Below, piece by piece: positions 27,531-42,700 of a DNA stretch of 64,000 nt; within the stretch, counting starts at the first letter, position 1; each line of letters begins with the position of its first letter. The DNA comes from Eledone cirrhosa (taxonomy: Eukaryota). The notes beneath the pieces are model-generated. The model had not been told where the DNA came from. It ran no database searches and saw only the letters and a list, made by a program, of their open reading frames with translations. The position numbers and the translations under genes are program-made. The DNA lies in assembly GCA_964016885.1 (NCBI GenBank), contig OZ024754.1:28272001-28336000 (forward strand), in the 5' to 3' direction.

Positions 27531-27755
27531 ATTCTAAATATACTCCGTCATTCCTAGTTGGAAAAAGTACAAAGAGTGCTTGAATTGAATTGCGTCAATG
27601 TGTACCATAAGTCATCATTTTACGTCTGCTTTTCTCTGCTTGCAATGGTGGGTTGAGTCCTCTTCAGCACAGCATCTCTCCATTCATCACGGTCCCTCGT
27701 CATCTCCTCTGTGAGATAATCATCATCATTGTCTATGATGATGGTATATATATAT

Positions 27756-27975
27756 AATGAAGGTTTAATATAGGAATGGCTTTTACAGGACTAGAACTGT
27801 TTCATTCTTATCTAATCATCAGGAATGGGCATTCCTGATGATTTCATATGAATGAAACAGTTGTAGTTCTGTAGAAGCCATTCCTATATTAAGCCTCCAT
27901 TGTCATCAATCTATCTATGTATTGAATACCTTATTTACTGTGGTTACTCCCGATTCTACTTGGGATCAACACGTT
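27756..27975. ncRNA. Penelope-like fold-back element with hammerhead cores on both strands (family H1, copy 2)
   Basis: Palindrome 27756-27901. + strand: ggaatgggcattc CTGATGA tttcatatgaat GAAA cag ttgtagtt ctg TA gaagccattcc. The - strand has an equivalent intact core. Tail 27902-27975 is homologous to the reverse complement of 21255-21314. Confidence 0.65.
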
Positions 27976-28945
<970 letters not shown>

Positions 28946-30427
28946 CGAATATAGTGAAGAGTTTAGCGTAAAAGTCGGCGTCCATCAGGGCTCTGTTCTC
29001 AGTCCACTACTATTTATTATTGCCCTTCAGGCCATAACAGAGGAGTTCAAGACAGGCTGCCCATGGGAACTCCTATACGCAGACGACCTGACACTCATAG
29101 CGGAATCAATGGCCGAGCTAGAGAAGAAATTCCAAACATGGAAGCACGGCCTAGAGTCAAAAGGACTTAAAATTAACCTGGCTAAGACCAAAGTACTAGT
29201 TTGTAGGAAAGAAAACAAGGCGGCGGTCCCTTCTGGGAAATGGTCGTGCTCGGTGTGTAGGAAAGGCGTAGGTAGAAACTCCATTTTATGTCCTAAATGC
29301 AAAGTATGGGTGCATAAAAGATGTAGTGGGATCACAGGTAGGCTAACTAAGAACATAGATTTTACATGTGGCCGGTGCTCTGGTGCAATAAGTAGCAGCA
29401 AGTGCCCACAAACTACTAGCTCTTTCAATTGCGCAGAGGGTTCTATAGAAATAGTGGACAGCTTCCGTTACCTGGGCGATAAAATCAGCAGTGGGGGAGG
29501 GTGCTCTGAAAGTACTGTAGCTAGAGTCAGAACTGGTTGGAAAAAGTTCAGAGAGCTTATACCACTATTAGCTGCTAAAGGGTTCTCACTAAAAATGAAA
29601 GGCAGGTTGTACGATGCCTGCATACGAACAGCAATGCTGCATGGCAGTGAGACCTGGGCATTGTGTGCAGAGGATATACGCAGACTAGAGAGGAACGAAG
29701 CTTGCATGCTCCGCTGGATGTGTAACAGTAATATACGTGAACGGCAAAGCATAAACGAACTAAGGAATAAATTAGAGATAAGAGGGATCAGATGTTGTTT
29801 ACTCGAGAGAAGGCTACGTTGGTATGGACACGTGATGCGCATGAAAGTCGATAGCTGTATAACAAAGTGCAGGGCAATAAAGATAGACGGTAGTCACGGA
29901 ATAGGCAGACCTAGAAAAACCTGGGACGAGCTGATAAACTCCGACATCACACACTTACACCTCTCCAAGACAATGTCACTGGACCGAGACCTTTGGCGGT
30001 ACTCAGTAACAGAGAAGACCCGCCTTACCTAAATATATAGTAAAACCTACTCCAGCCAGTAGGCATCTCTAACAAATACACCCCGTCCCACCACCCCCAC
30101 CCGATCCACACCCCCCCGTTCTATGTAAAGTTATGTTGGTGCCGCGCCATCGAGGCCGAAACAAATGAGATCGTGTAGGTGTCACGACAAAAAAACACAC
30201 AGTCCACGCTGTAATGTGGCCGTGTAGGCAACACGGTAAAAACCTCCCAGACCCACACTGTAAATGTGGTTGGTGTTAGGAAGGGCATCCAACTGTAGAA
30301 AACCTGCCAGACAGTCCTATGCGAGCAAGACAATCACTCTTGCCTCAAGTGGGACTACCCCCGTCCAAACCCATGCAAGCGTGGAACACGGACGTTAAAC
30401 GCTGATGATGATGATGATGATGATGAT
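28946..30427 (+). mobile_element. Young 5'-truncated RTE LINE, family A, ORF intact to its stop, (ATG)n tail
   Basis: [24 protein letters not shown]-like finger, FRYLG, RTE C-terminus; stop at 30032; ~370-nt 3' UTR. Confidence 0.95.
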
Positions 30428-31758
<1,331 letters not shown>

Positions 31759-31929
31759 CACACATGTCATGTGAATCCTGGTATTTAGATTTGGTATACC
31801 ATATCCTTGTATGTCATAAGAGTTGACTAGAAGGGTTGCTGTCAGGTGAGCAAGAGTATCCAGCAGTAAAACCCTAGCTCAAAATACCATATCCAACTTT
31901 TGCCAATGTGAACATAAAATAAATATATA

Positions 31930-34900
31930 TCATCATCATCATCATCATCATCATTTTACGTCCGCTTTTCCCTTGCAAGTGTTGGATGGGTCCTATTCAG
32001 CACATCATCTCTCCACTTGTCACGGTCCTTCGTCATCTCCTCGGTGAGTTTCAGCGATCTGAGGTCTGCTCTCACCACCTCCACCCATGTTTTTAGTGGT
32101 CTACCTCTACTGTGTCTTCCTTCTACTGGGATTTCTTGGCACTTCTTTACCCAGCGGTCATCCTCCATGCGCATCACATGTCCATACCATCTCCGCCTTC
32201 TCTCCTGCACACCGCAACTTATCCCTCTTATACCCAGTTTCTTTCTCAACTCGTCTATGCTTGGTCGTTCACACACATTGACATTGCACATCCAACGGAG
32301 CATACTTGCTTCATTTCTCTCCAGCCGTCGCATATCCTCTGCAGTTGCTGCCCATGTCTCACTGCCATGCAGCATCGCGGATCTCACACAGGCATCATAC
32401 AACCGTCCTTTCGTACGCAGGGAAAAACCCTTCTTTGTCAACATAGGAAGCAGCTCCCTAAACTTCTTCCAACCCGTCCTTATTCTAGATATTATGGCCT
32501 CGGAACACCCCCCTCCCATGCTAATCTGATCACCTAGGTACTGGAAGCTATCAACCACTTCTATAGAACCCACCTGCATTGGAAAAATGTGTCTATCACT
32601 GCGATTACTACTGCCAACTTTCCCTGTACATCTACTGCATATGTAGTTTTCCCTACCTGTTAGTTTGCCTGCTATCCCACTACACCTCTTGTGTACCCAA
32701 GATCTGCATTGCATACATTTTATGGAATTTATGCCAGTTCCTTTCTTACATATCGAACATGGTCATTTCCCTGATGGAATCAGAGTATTGTTCTCTCTTC
32801 TACTTATCACACTTTTGTCTTAGCTATGTTCACTCTCAGTCCTCTTGATTCCATAGCCAGAATTTATTCTCTAGCTCCTCTACTGATTCTGCTATAAGAA
32901 CTAGATCGTCAGCATAGAGAAGTTCCCATGAGCATCCAGTCTTAAATTCCTCTGTTATGGCTTGGAGGACTATAATGAACAAGAGCGGGCTCAGGACCGA
33001 ATCCTGATGTACACCTACTTGTATCTGGAATTCTTCACTAAACTCCATGCCTACTCTCACTTTACTGACAGCACCCCTGTACATAGCTTCCACTGTCCTC
33101 ACAAGCCATTCCTCTACACCTAGTTTCCTTAGGGACCACCAGATGACAGATGGGGGGTACCCTATCAAAGGCCTTCTCTAGGTCAACAAAAGCTAAGTTA
33201 TAGTGGCTGATTCTTCCCTCTGTCACTTTCATAACCTGATCCATCAGCTTTAAGCCCCTATAATTGCTCCTCTCTAGTGCATCCCCTTTACTTTTGTAGC
33301 AATTTATGAGAATACTGCTGCACCAGTCTTTGGGTATGACACCACCATATATAGCTTGATTGATGATGTGTGCAACCAGTTTAGTGCCTACTTCTGATGC
33401 CTTCAGCAGCAACTATCCCCGATGGTCCAGCAGCCTAACCATTTCCTTAATTTCCTTAATTGCCTCTTGTACCCTATATTCGTCAATCTCAATAGCTGGT
33501 CCCTCTGTTGGGTCTATTGGGGGTAATTCCTCTCTGTCCCATTCATTCTCCACATTCATCACTCTCTCATAGTGACATTTCCAGGCCTCCTTTTTTTTAT
33601 TATTCGTGACACTAAGTACACCGGCATCATTCCGGACATACTTATCTCCAACAACATCCTGATATGCATTGACACACTGCCTTGCAATGCGGAACACCGC
33701 ACGTCTCTGATCTACCCATCGCAGAACATTGGCAAGCCTATTCTCAGCCTCCCTGCGTGCTAAGTACACCTGACGTCTAGCTTCTCACTTAGCGGCTGTG
33801 TATCCTTCCCTACTCCCACCATTTTTCCAAGCCTTCCATGCCAGTCTTTTGTCTCTAATGGCCCGATCTACCGTGTTGTTCAACCACCAGGTCACTCTGT
33901 CTGGTTGAAGCTCTGCCCCAACCACAAGTTTCTTCAGTAGCCTGCAGTAAGTTGTCACGCAAGAAATTCCAGTTATCATCTATGTCATACAACTCTAAAT
34001 CGTCTTTTTCGTCATACACGTCTTGAAGGGCTTTTCTAAATTTATGTTTTAATGAAAGGTCTTCTAGCTTCCAGACCTTTCTTTTCCACACTTCCTGTAT
34101 GTCTCATTCTTTCTGATGCTTACTGAGATGTCACTAACGACTAACCTATGCTCTGGGGGCGTAAATTTTTCCCCGGGGTATGTCTTAGTATTTGACACCA
34201 TCTGTCTGTCTTCTCGCTGTCTAACTAGCAGGAAGTCAATCTGGCTTATATGCTCACCCGATTTGTAGGTTATTAGGTGGTTGGTAGTCTTCTGGAAGTT
34301 AGTGTTGCAAATGGTTAGTGCATTTGCATCACAAAATTCAAGAAGCCTCACTCCTTCTTCATTTCTTGAACCATAACCGTGCCCACCATGTACCCCAGTG
34401 TATCCATCCTGGAGCTCTCAAACATGTCCATTGAAGTCCCCTGCTAGCATAACAATGTCTCTGACCTCTGTCATTGAGGCTGTTTGTAAAAGTTGCTTGT
34501 AAAAGCAGTCTTTCTCTTCTTTACATAGGCCTGTCTGGGAAGCATAGGCAGAGATGATTGTCAGTAGTCTCTTGCCTACAACTAATCTAAGCTTAATTAT
34601 TCTATTACTAACTCTAACTACCTCTATTGTCTTATTGATCCATCTCTCAGCCAGTAATATACCCACCCCACCTAACCTATCATCATTACCCACCCAGAAA
34701 AGCTTATAACTACGATGTTTGCCTGTGATTAGTCTTGCAGAGGCACCTCTCCATCTCAACTCTTGCACACAGCACACATGCCTTCTCTCCAGCATCTCCG
34801 CTATCTCACCAGATCTACCTGTTAGAGTGCCAACATTAAGTGTGGCAACTCTGAGATGCGCCGTCTCGTTCTTTTTCCTGTTGTGCGATTGCTTGATGAT

Positions 34901-35290
34901 GGTCATAGGGTTCTCACACATGGCCTCACTAGCCACCCCACTACCGTGCACAGCCCTAACATGGTTAGTGTTATTGCTGTTTACGCAGTTGTTGAAAATT
35001 TCATTTGTTGCGTTCAGTGTTTGACAGTAGTATATATACTGATTGGATGCCCTTCTTAACACCAGCACCAGTTTACAGAATGGACTGGGTGCTTTTATTC
35101 GTGCCACCAGCACTAGAGAGGTTGTCTTACTGGACTCAGAGGCCCTATCCACCCCTCCATTTTACAGCATGGACTGGGTGCTTTTAGTCGTGCCACCAGC
35201 ACTAGGGAAGTTGTCTTACTGGACTTAAGGGACTTCTCTACCCCGCACCAATTTATTCGGAGTGGTAGCTCTGCTAGACGGGTTGCCTAC
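31930..35290 (-). mobile_element. Near full-length decayed RTE LINE, family B (APE+RT, several frameshifts and stops)
   Basis: APE: TLNVGTLTGRSGE..VQELRW..AGDFNGHV..SQIDFLL..EHRLVV. RT: [24 protein letters not shown]. (CAT)n tail at 31930; ~70-bp repeats in the 5' UTR at 35045-35235. Confidence 0.93.
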
Positions 35291-35505
35291 ACTATGGCTT
35301 GCCTACACTATGGCTTACGAAGCCTCCGTCCATCTCTTGTCTGCTCGATAATATATTCACAAGGGAGTTATCGTACAGCGTCGGGCATGTATACCAAACG
35401 TGGTGGAGGCGGGGCGGGTGGGCGTGAAATGAGAAGGAAATATGGCTATACGCACAAATTTAAATATCAACATTCACATCACATATACATATATATATAT
35501 AGATG

Positions 35506-35544
<39 letters not shown>

Positions 35545-35713
35545 AATCTCATGCGAACCAAAAAGTTTGGCCATACGAATCATAATAAACTTAAACTTAT
35601 CTCAACGGATTTTCCAAATATATATATATATGTCTATGGTGAGTTTTGTAGCATGGCTACTGTCTACACATATATATACTGTTTACACATGCATGTATGT
35701 GTGTGTATCATTT

Positions 35714-35897
35714 GGATTGGCAGTATCGGTAGAGGGTCGGACGCCATGCTTTCCAGCATAGTTACGTCCCTTTACGATCTGAGTTCAAATCCCGCCGAGG
35801 TTGACTTTGCCTTTCATCCTTACGGGGTCGATAAAATAAAGTACCTGTAATGCACTGGGTAATTGCTGGCCTTGTGCCTAAAGTAGAAACAATTATT
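35714..35897 (+). mobile_element. tRNA-derived SINE, family 1
   Basis: Box A TGGCAGTATCGG, box B GAGTTCAAATCC, core ACTTTGCCTTTCATCCTTACGGGGTCGATAAAATAAAGTACC; more copies at ~10945, 22748, 23677, 36760 and 62481. Confidence 0.85.
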
Positions 35898-36139
35898 TTA
35901 GGTTTGTTTCACAGATGACATAGAGTAAAGAAGATTGAAGTAAGAGAAAAAAATATTTTCGATTTTTTTTCTTTACTTCCAATTGGTCATAGTTCTTTCT
36001 CTACTTCTCTCCCCCACCTCTTGCTCTGTGTGTGTATATATATATATATATAATCGAGAGAGATGATAGCTTTGACCTTTTACAGAATGGCACTGGGCTT
36101 TGAGGACCAAAACATGGCTTTAATTAAACTGTTATTTCT

Positions 36140-36470
36140 AGACATTCTCTCTTTCTGATCTTACACCCTCTCTCTCTCTGATCTTACACACTCTCTCTCT
36201 CTCTGATCTTACACACTCTCTATTTCTCTCTCTGGTATTCACCTCATTTCTCACTCTGGTATTCACCTCATTTCTCACTCTCTGATCTTACACTCTCTCT
36301 CTCTGATCTTACACACTCTCTCTCTCTGATCTTACATACTCTCTCTCTCTCTATTTCTCTCTCTGGTATTCACCTCATCTCTCTCTTTCTGATCTTACAC
36401 ACTCTCTCTCTCTCTGGTCTTCACCTCATCTTTCTCTCTTTGATCTTACAGACACTCTCTCTCTCTCTAT
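36140..36470. repeat. CT-rich compound minisatellite
   Basis: Alternating CTCTGATCTTACAC and CTCTGGTATTCACCTCAT units. Confidence 0.8.
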
Positions 36471-37047
36471 GTTGTGCCTTAATCATCAAATATTCTTTTA
36501 TTCTTCATTAGACCCTGGCCATACTGGAGCACTCCTTTGATATAGTCAATCATATGAACCTCGGACATATTTAAAAAAATCTTGTACTTATTTTTTCAAT
36601 CTTCTTTTTACTTTTTGGCTAACTGATAAATTACAGGCCATAAACAGAAATATTCATATGATCCCTTTTAAAAATAGTGGAATTTAAGGGAAATTTGGCT
36701 GCTATTTCTAGCATATCAAGTGATCCCATACATGAGTCTTAACTGGCAAGTCATCATTATTGGCAGTATCGGTAGAAGGTCTAATGCCATGCATTGCAGC
36801 AAAGAGTTACGGCCCTTTCTGGTTCAAATCCCGTTCAAATCCTGCCGAGGTTAAATTTGCCTTTAATCCTTATGGGGTCGATAAAATAAAGTACCAGTAA
36901 TAAAGTGGGATAATTGCTGGCCTTGTACCAAAAGTAGAAACAACTATTTAATGTTCATGGGTTGGATCCTTTGTTACAGATCAAATCAGTATTTAAATGG
37001 AGCTACTGTAGTCCTAGATGGGCCGGAGGCCACATTACACTTACATA

Positions 37048-37241
37048 CAGGGGTCAGCTAAAAAGTTCATAAGCTGACCAAGATAGAATGACCAAATGAA
37101 GTTTATTTTTCAACATAGTGATTGGAAAGAAACAATGCAGTTATTAATATGAAGAGTTTAATTAAATTAATGCATGCAAGATTTCACAGTTCTAGCATCA
37201 TTCCTTCATAGTCAGTCTATGAACTTTTTAGCCAACTCTTG
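37048..37241. mobile_element. Tc1/mariner-type MITE
   Basis: TA|CAGGGGTCAGCTAAAAAGTTCATA...TATGAACTTTTTAGCCAACTCTTG|TA. Confidence 0.75.
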
Positions 37242-39576
37242 TACTTTCCAGTTTTGGCAAGGTTTCTGTGGTTGGATCTTAATACATATATAAAATCTTT
37301 CAATATTATATATTGTATTAAATTGCAATAAATAAATAAATTGTTTAACTTGTTGCTACACGTCTTTTATATCTTGCATGAGACCTACCACTTACTAAGG
37401 CTACATTCTGATTTATGTGAAAGGCTAAGTTCTCCATTTGTTGTAGTTCATAAAAGGCTGTTTCATTGGTTGTTTATTGACCAATGAAAAAGCAAATAGC
37501 TGGATAGTATTGACCATTATTTGGTGAGGAATCAAATCAGTTTTATTCAAGTAGGGCTTGTTGTTGCTGTTATTTTTGTTGTTGTTGCTATTGTTGTCAC
37601 TGTCAATATTACAGTTGTTTTTGCTGTTGATGTTGGTACTATTGTTGGTATTTCTGCTGCATTTAAACCAGCCATATCCGGCCAGAATTCTCTTGCCTCT
37701 TTCTGTTCAAACCGGCTGTAACTGGCCGCTCATTCTGATATTAAGGCATTGTTCTCAAAATAAATATCAAAATCACATAGATTCAATATTATGCAAGATA
37801 ATTATGTGAGATAAAGCCTTTACCATGAAAATACAATAGTAAATATAGAGTAATGTAAATGCTAAAGGTTTAGGCAGTAGTGTACCTCTGACAATAATAT
37901 CCAATGTGACCTTTTCTTAGATGATAAGGTGTGGTTTGAAGGAGATTCGCCTACTTTTCATGTAGGCTGAATGACCACATACAGGCACCCACGTGGCGAA
38001 ATACAGGGTTAGAAATAGCTGATCATATGTTTTGGAGCAGTCTACATACCAATCCTTCTTCTTCACCCACTTATTCCTGGAGTGGGGGGGGGGGGGGGGC
38101 ATGGGGGCAGAGTTCTCAAACATGCCTTCCAGCAGGTTCTGTCACAAACAACCCATCTCCAATTGATCTGGCTGGTTCCTCAAGAGTGACCAGCGAGATC
38201 ATAGATGTTATCCAACCATTTTGCTTGGGGTCTATACCTGGGTCTCCTGCCAGTTGGTTTTGTCCAGAAAATCTGACCAGTAATTCTTTCCTGAGACATT
38301 CTAACCACATTTTACAGGCAAAATCAACTGGCAGGAGACCCAGGGGAAGATCCTGAATAAAATGGATGGATAACATTGATGAGCACAGCTGGTCTACAAA
38401 TCCACCAAGTCAAAATATACATATGGGTTAACTGTTATTGTTCTGTTGACTTAAATCAGAATTTACTAAAAGACTTCCAAAATGTTTGAACAAAGACTTT
38501 CAATATTTGATATGGGACAAATTGACAGATCTGCTAGAGCATTGGATTAAATGACTGGGTATTTGTTCTGACTCTTTACTCACTGAGTTCAAATCACTTT
38601 ACTTTGTCTCTTTCCTTTCTCATTTCTTTTATAAGGTTCAGTTTCCTGAGATCAGCTTTCACAGTCTTTACCAATGTCTTCCTTGGCCTGCCTCTGTTAG
38701 ATCTTTCCTCTACTTTCATTTGTCATCTCCTTTATAAGGTTCAGTTTCCAGAGATCAGCTTTCACCCCTGTCTGTCCAGGTCTTTCTCTTCCACTTGGAA
38801 GTCCTGGCAATGTGATTATGATTCATGCACATTGAGCATCTGCAAAAATACACTCTTCTTTTCTGAACACCTCATATGATTTCTCTTTGAACCCTTTAGT
38901 TACGAATCTGGCCAAAACCAGCTCTTGTTCTATGAAATATAGCGACTCTTTTTAAAGGTTTAAATTAAAATCTACCAATATAGTTTTATATAAGAACCAT
39001 ACATTAAGTTACTTAGTAATGAAATCATTAATAATTTTAGTAAATCCCTCAGAATTCTTAATTAATTAAAATAGAATGTATTTCATCAGAATGCAGTCAT
39101 GAAAGGGTTGAATAAATAGATACAGGCATGGCTATGTGTCCACATAGTTTGGGGTTCAGTCCCTCTTCACAACATCTTCAGCAAGTATCTACCATTATAG
39201 CCTTGGGGTGACCTATGCCTTTTAAGTGAAATATAGTAGATAGAAACATAGATGTGTATGTGTGTCCTGGGTCTATGATGACATTTGTATCTGAGTTTAT
39301 ATCCTGTAACTTAATGGTTCAATAAAAAGTAATTCATAAAATATCTACCAGACATTGAAAAACATAAGTACTAGTGTTGATATAATCACTGAAACCAGTA
39401 AAAAAAAGATACACGTATTTATTTTTTAATTGTTTCATTAAAACGTACTTTATTTCTTTAACCGATTTTTCCTTAATATTTTATTTTATATTTTGTCTTC
39501 TTTAAGAGGCGTGCTCAATTTAATGATATAACTGTCATCAGAAGGTTTGTTAAATCAGCCAAGTGGAACTGGTACC

Positions 39577-39702
39577 ATGTTTCACCAAGGACATTCTCTT
39601 GCGCTAGCCCCTATCTTGGCTAAGAAACTTCTGGACACCTTACAAACAGACCTACGGCAGTTATCTTCTGAAGCCAAAAGAAAATTTCCCAGTGTTAAAG
39701 AG
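39577..39702 (+). CDS. MON2: MON2 coding exon 1
   Basis: ATG at 39577 (ACCATG context), [42 protein letters not shown], donor GAG|GTATTT. A polypyrimidine tract and AG at ~39506 imply an upstream UTR exon. Confidence 0.9.
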
Positions 39703-42700
39703 GTATTTATTTATTTATTTATTCAATCTGCTCTTTCTTTTTTAATTGATCATCATCATCAACGTTTTGGAATGGGTTGGTTGAGTTGCCAAAATTTGAA
39801 TCCAAATACCATAATAATAATAAAGTTATGTACCAAATCCCTCCAAATTCTTGATTATTTTCAAATTGATTTGAAAATAATTCTTTCTTTCTGATTTAGG
39901 CATAAGGCCGAAGCCAACAATTTGGGAGAGGGGAAAGTCAATTAAGTTGACCCCAGTGTACCACTGGTACTTTATTTATCGACCCCATAAAGATAAAAGG
40001 TAAAGTTAACCTCGGATGCCCTTCTTCATGCTAACCACGTTACAGTGTGTATTGGGTGCATTTTAATGTGGCACCAGTACTACCACTTACAGAGCGTAGT
40101 GGGTGTATTTTATTGCGGCAGAAACACTAGGGTGATTTTTATACGACAGACTTCTCCACAGTTTCTGTCTCCCAAATTGCACAGACTAGAGTATAGAAAT
40201 CACTATAGAGACTAGAGTATAGAAATCACTAGTTGCCCCACTGTGGGATTAAACCTGAGACTGTGACTATTAAGTGAATAAACCCATGCAAGCGTGGAAG
40301 ATGGACGTTAAACGATGATGATGATGATTTAACAACACAGCTATGTCTGCATCTATGCCTTGAAATCTTTTTGAATTCCATGTGACTGACACCTGTGGGC
40401 ATGCCTACAAAGACCGAAAACAGCACAGCTCCCATGAATTTCGGAAACATTTTTTCATGGAACAATCTATCTGCATCGGTTGTTAGCTGTCAGGACATCA
40501 CATCCTTCAAAACCTCCATGCTTCCGAAAATTTGCCAACACTACACCTGATATTCCTCCTCCATACACACGCATGCATGTATCTGTGCGTTCATCATGAC
40601 TCATATACTGTTCACTTTCCTGACATTTATACATTATTCTATGTACTATATATGCACCTTTGATGAGTTGTACTGATCAGAAATTATTGAGCTATTTCAC
40701 TTTATAGTATATTTAGTGAAACTTTATGTCCAGTCAGTTGTAGCAATGTTGGCTAGACATCAGGTTTGGTTGTAATGTTACTAAAAACCTGTTTATACTA
40801 ATTATAGAATATTAAATTTCTACTATTCCTGTTGTAGTTGTTGAAGTTGTTGTTTTGCTCTAGGTTAGCAGATCTAAGATTAAAGAGATTCCAGCTATAA
40901 ACAGCCAGTGGTTTTTTTTTCTTTTGTTTTAGGTATGATTCTCTCTCTTTTATTCTTTTACCTGTTCCAGCCATCCGGCTGAGGCCATGCTGGGGCACCT
41001 CCCTTGATGTATATAGGACTTAATGTATATAGGACTTCATTATCAAAAATGTCCTTTCTGTTTTTGATGATGATGATGAATCCTCTATTGGCTTTCGGTG
41101 ATGCATATTCAGTTGTTCAATCAACTGGATGCCTTTCTAATGTCAACCATTTAACAGTGTACTGGGTGTATTTTATCATGTCAGCTGCATACCACTTTAC
41201 AGAGTGTACTGGGTGTATTTTAACATGTCGGCAACGCATGCATATATTACAGAAAGCTACAAATATATATACACACTGTTATATAAACTCTAATTACAGT
41301 TTTTAATTTCCTCTTTTCCAGCATTCTGAAACTGCTCTCCTTAAAGTTCGGACTATTGTTACTCGGAGTGAAAATGAAATCATCCCAGGTAAGTAATTTT
41401 AAATTGTGACCCCTTTGTATTAACTTTTGTTGAAGACCTAGAAGATATGAAAACAGTGATCATACCTCCAACAAAACTCTAATATCAAATACTTCAAATA
41501 TGTACACCTTCATGAGAGTATATTAGATTTTAACCCTTTCGCATTTACATTACTCTATATTTACTATTGTATTTTCATGGTAAAAGCTTTACCTCACATA
41601 ATTTCGAAGCTATGAGATTTTGATATTATTTATTTTGAGAACAATGCCTTAACATCAGTATGAGTGGCTAGTTACAGCTGGTTTGAACAGAAAGTGGTGA
41701 GAGATTTCTGGCCGGATACAGCCGGTTTAAATGCTAATGGGTTAAGAAGTAATTTCCTAAACTAGATTTTATTTTCAGAATTAACTTTGAAAATTGTAAA
41801 TTATTTACATTCTTAGAGTAGCATAGGAAATATTAAAATATATTATTTAAATTGTTGTCACATTCTTCTTGTTCTTGTGGCTGTGTTCACCCAGGTGAGT
41901 CGAGCCAGCTCCATTGAAGGAATTTATGGTGTAAGTTCATTTCAATGTATTTCTTTGGGTGATTGGTTTCACAAGCAGTGCCCAGCTGCAAGTTTATGCA
42001 CTTTAGGATAGTGCAATCCAAGCATTGCATTGGTTATAGCACAGGGCTAGCGCTTTCACACCCAACCCACTGATATGACACAAAACAACTGTTCCTTCTT
42101 CCTAGAACCAATTTATCTTTCAATATTCTCTAATAATTTAGCAGAAAATATCTAAAAACAGATTTGTTAATTCAAATATCCATAATATTGTAACTAGGGG
42201 ATATGTCAATATGAAAATTAGAGTAAAGGCTTTAATTATTAATGTGATGCAATCATATTGCTGTTTTGTACTTTCCAAGTATGTTTTGCTAGTGGGGTTT
42301 CATGTGGTTTGTTAATTTAATTGTTTATCGTATCTTCACTAGTGGACATATTATGAAAATTTGCAGCTATAGTTTTTAAAGTGATGTAGTTATAGTACTG
42401 CCTTGTACTTTTTAAGAATGTCTTGCTAATGCTGGTCCAGGATGTTAACAGTTAAAATGTTTCCATTGCAATACAGGTTTACAGTCTGTCAGTACAGATT
42501 TGGTGCGGCCATTTATTATGGGATGTGAAACAAAGCATTCAAAGCTAGTACAGATTGGATTGTCTTCTATACAGAAACTAATTTCTCATGAGGTTGTCTC
42601 TCAGGTATGTTCAGATATCTTAGCTTCTGCACTTCACTTTCTTTTCCTATCTTAACAGGGTATATTTTACATATATATTTTACTTAAGATATTTCTAATG

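Noticed and set aside
35714-35800. tRNA gene
   Set aside because: A/B boxes are present but there is no cloverleaf; multi-copy with SINE body and tail.
40380-40560. Possible exon in MON2 intron 1
   Set aside because: Reads [18 protein letters not shown], resembling an old LINE C-terminus; exons 1 and 2 already join in frame.
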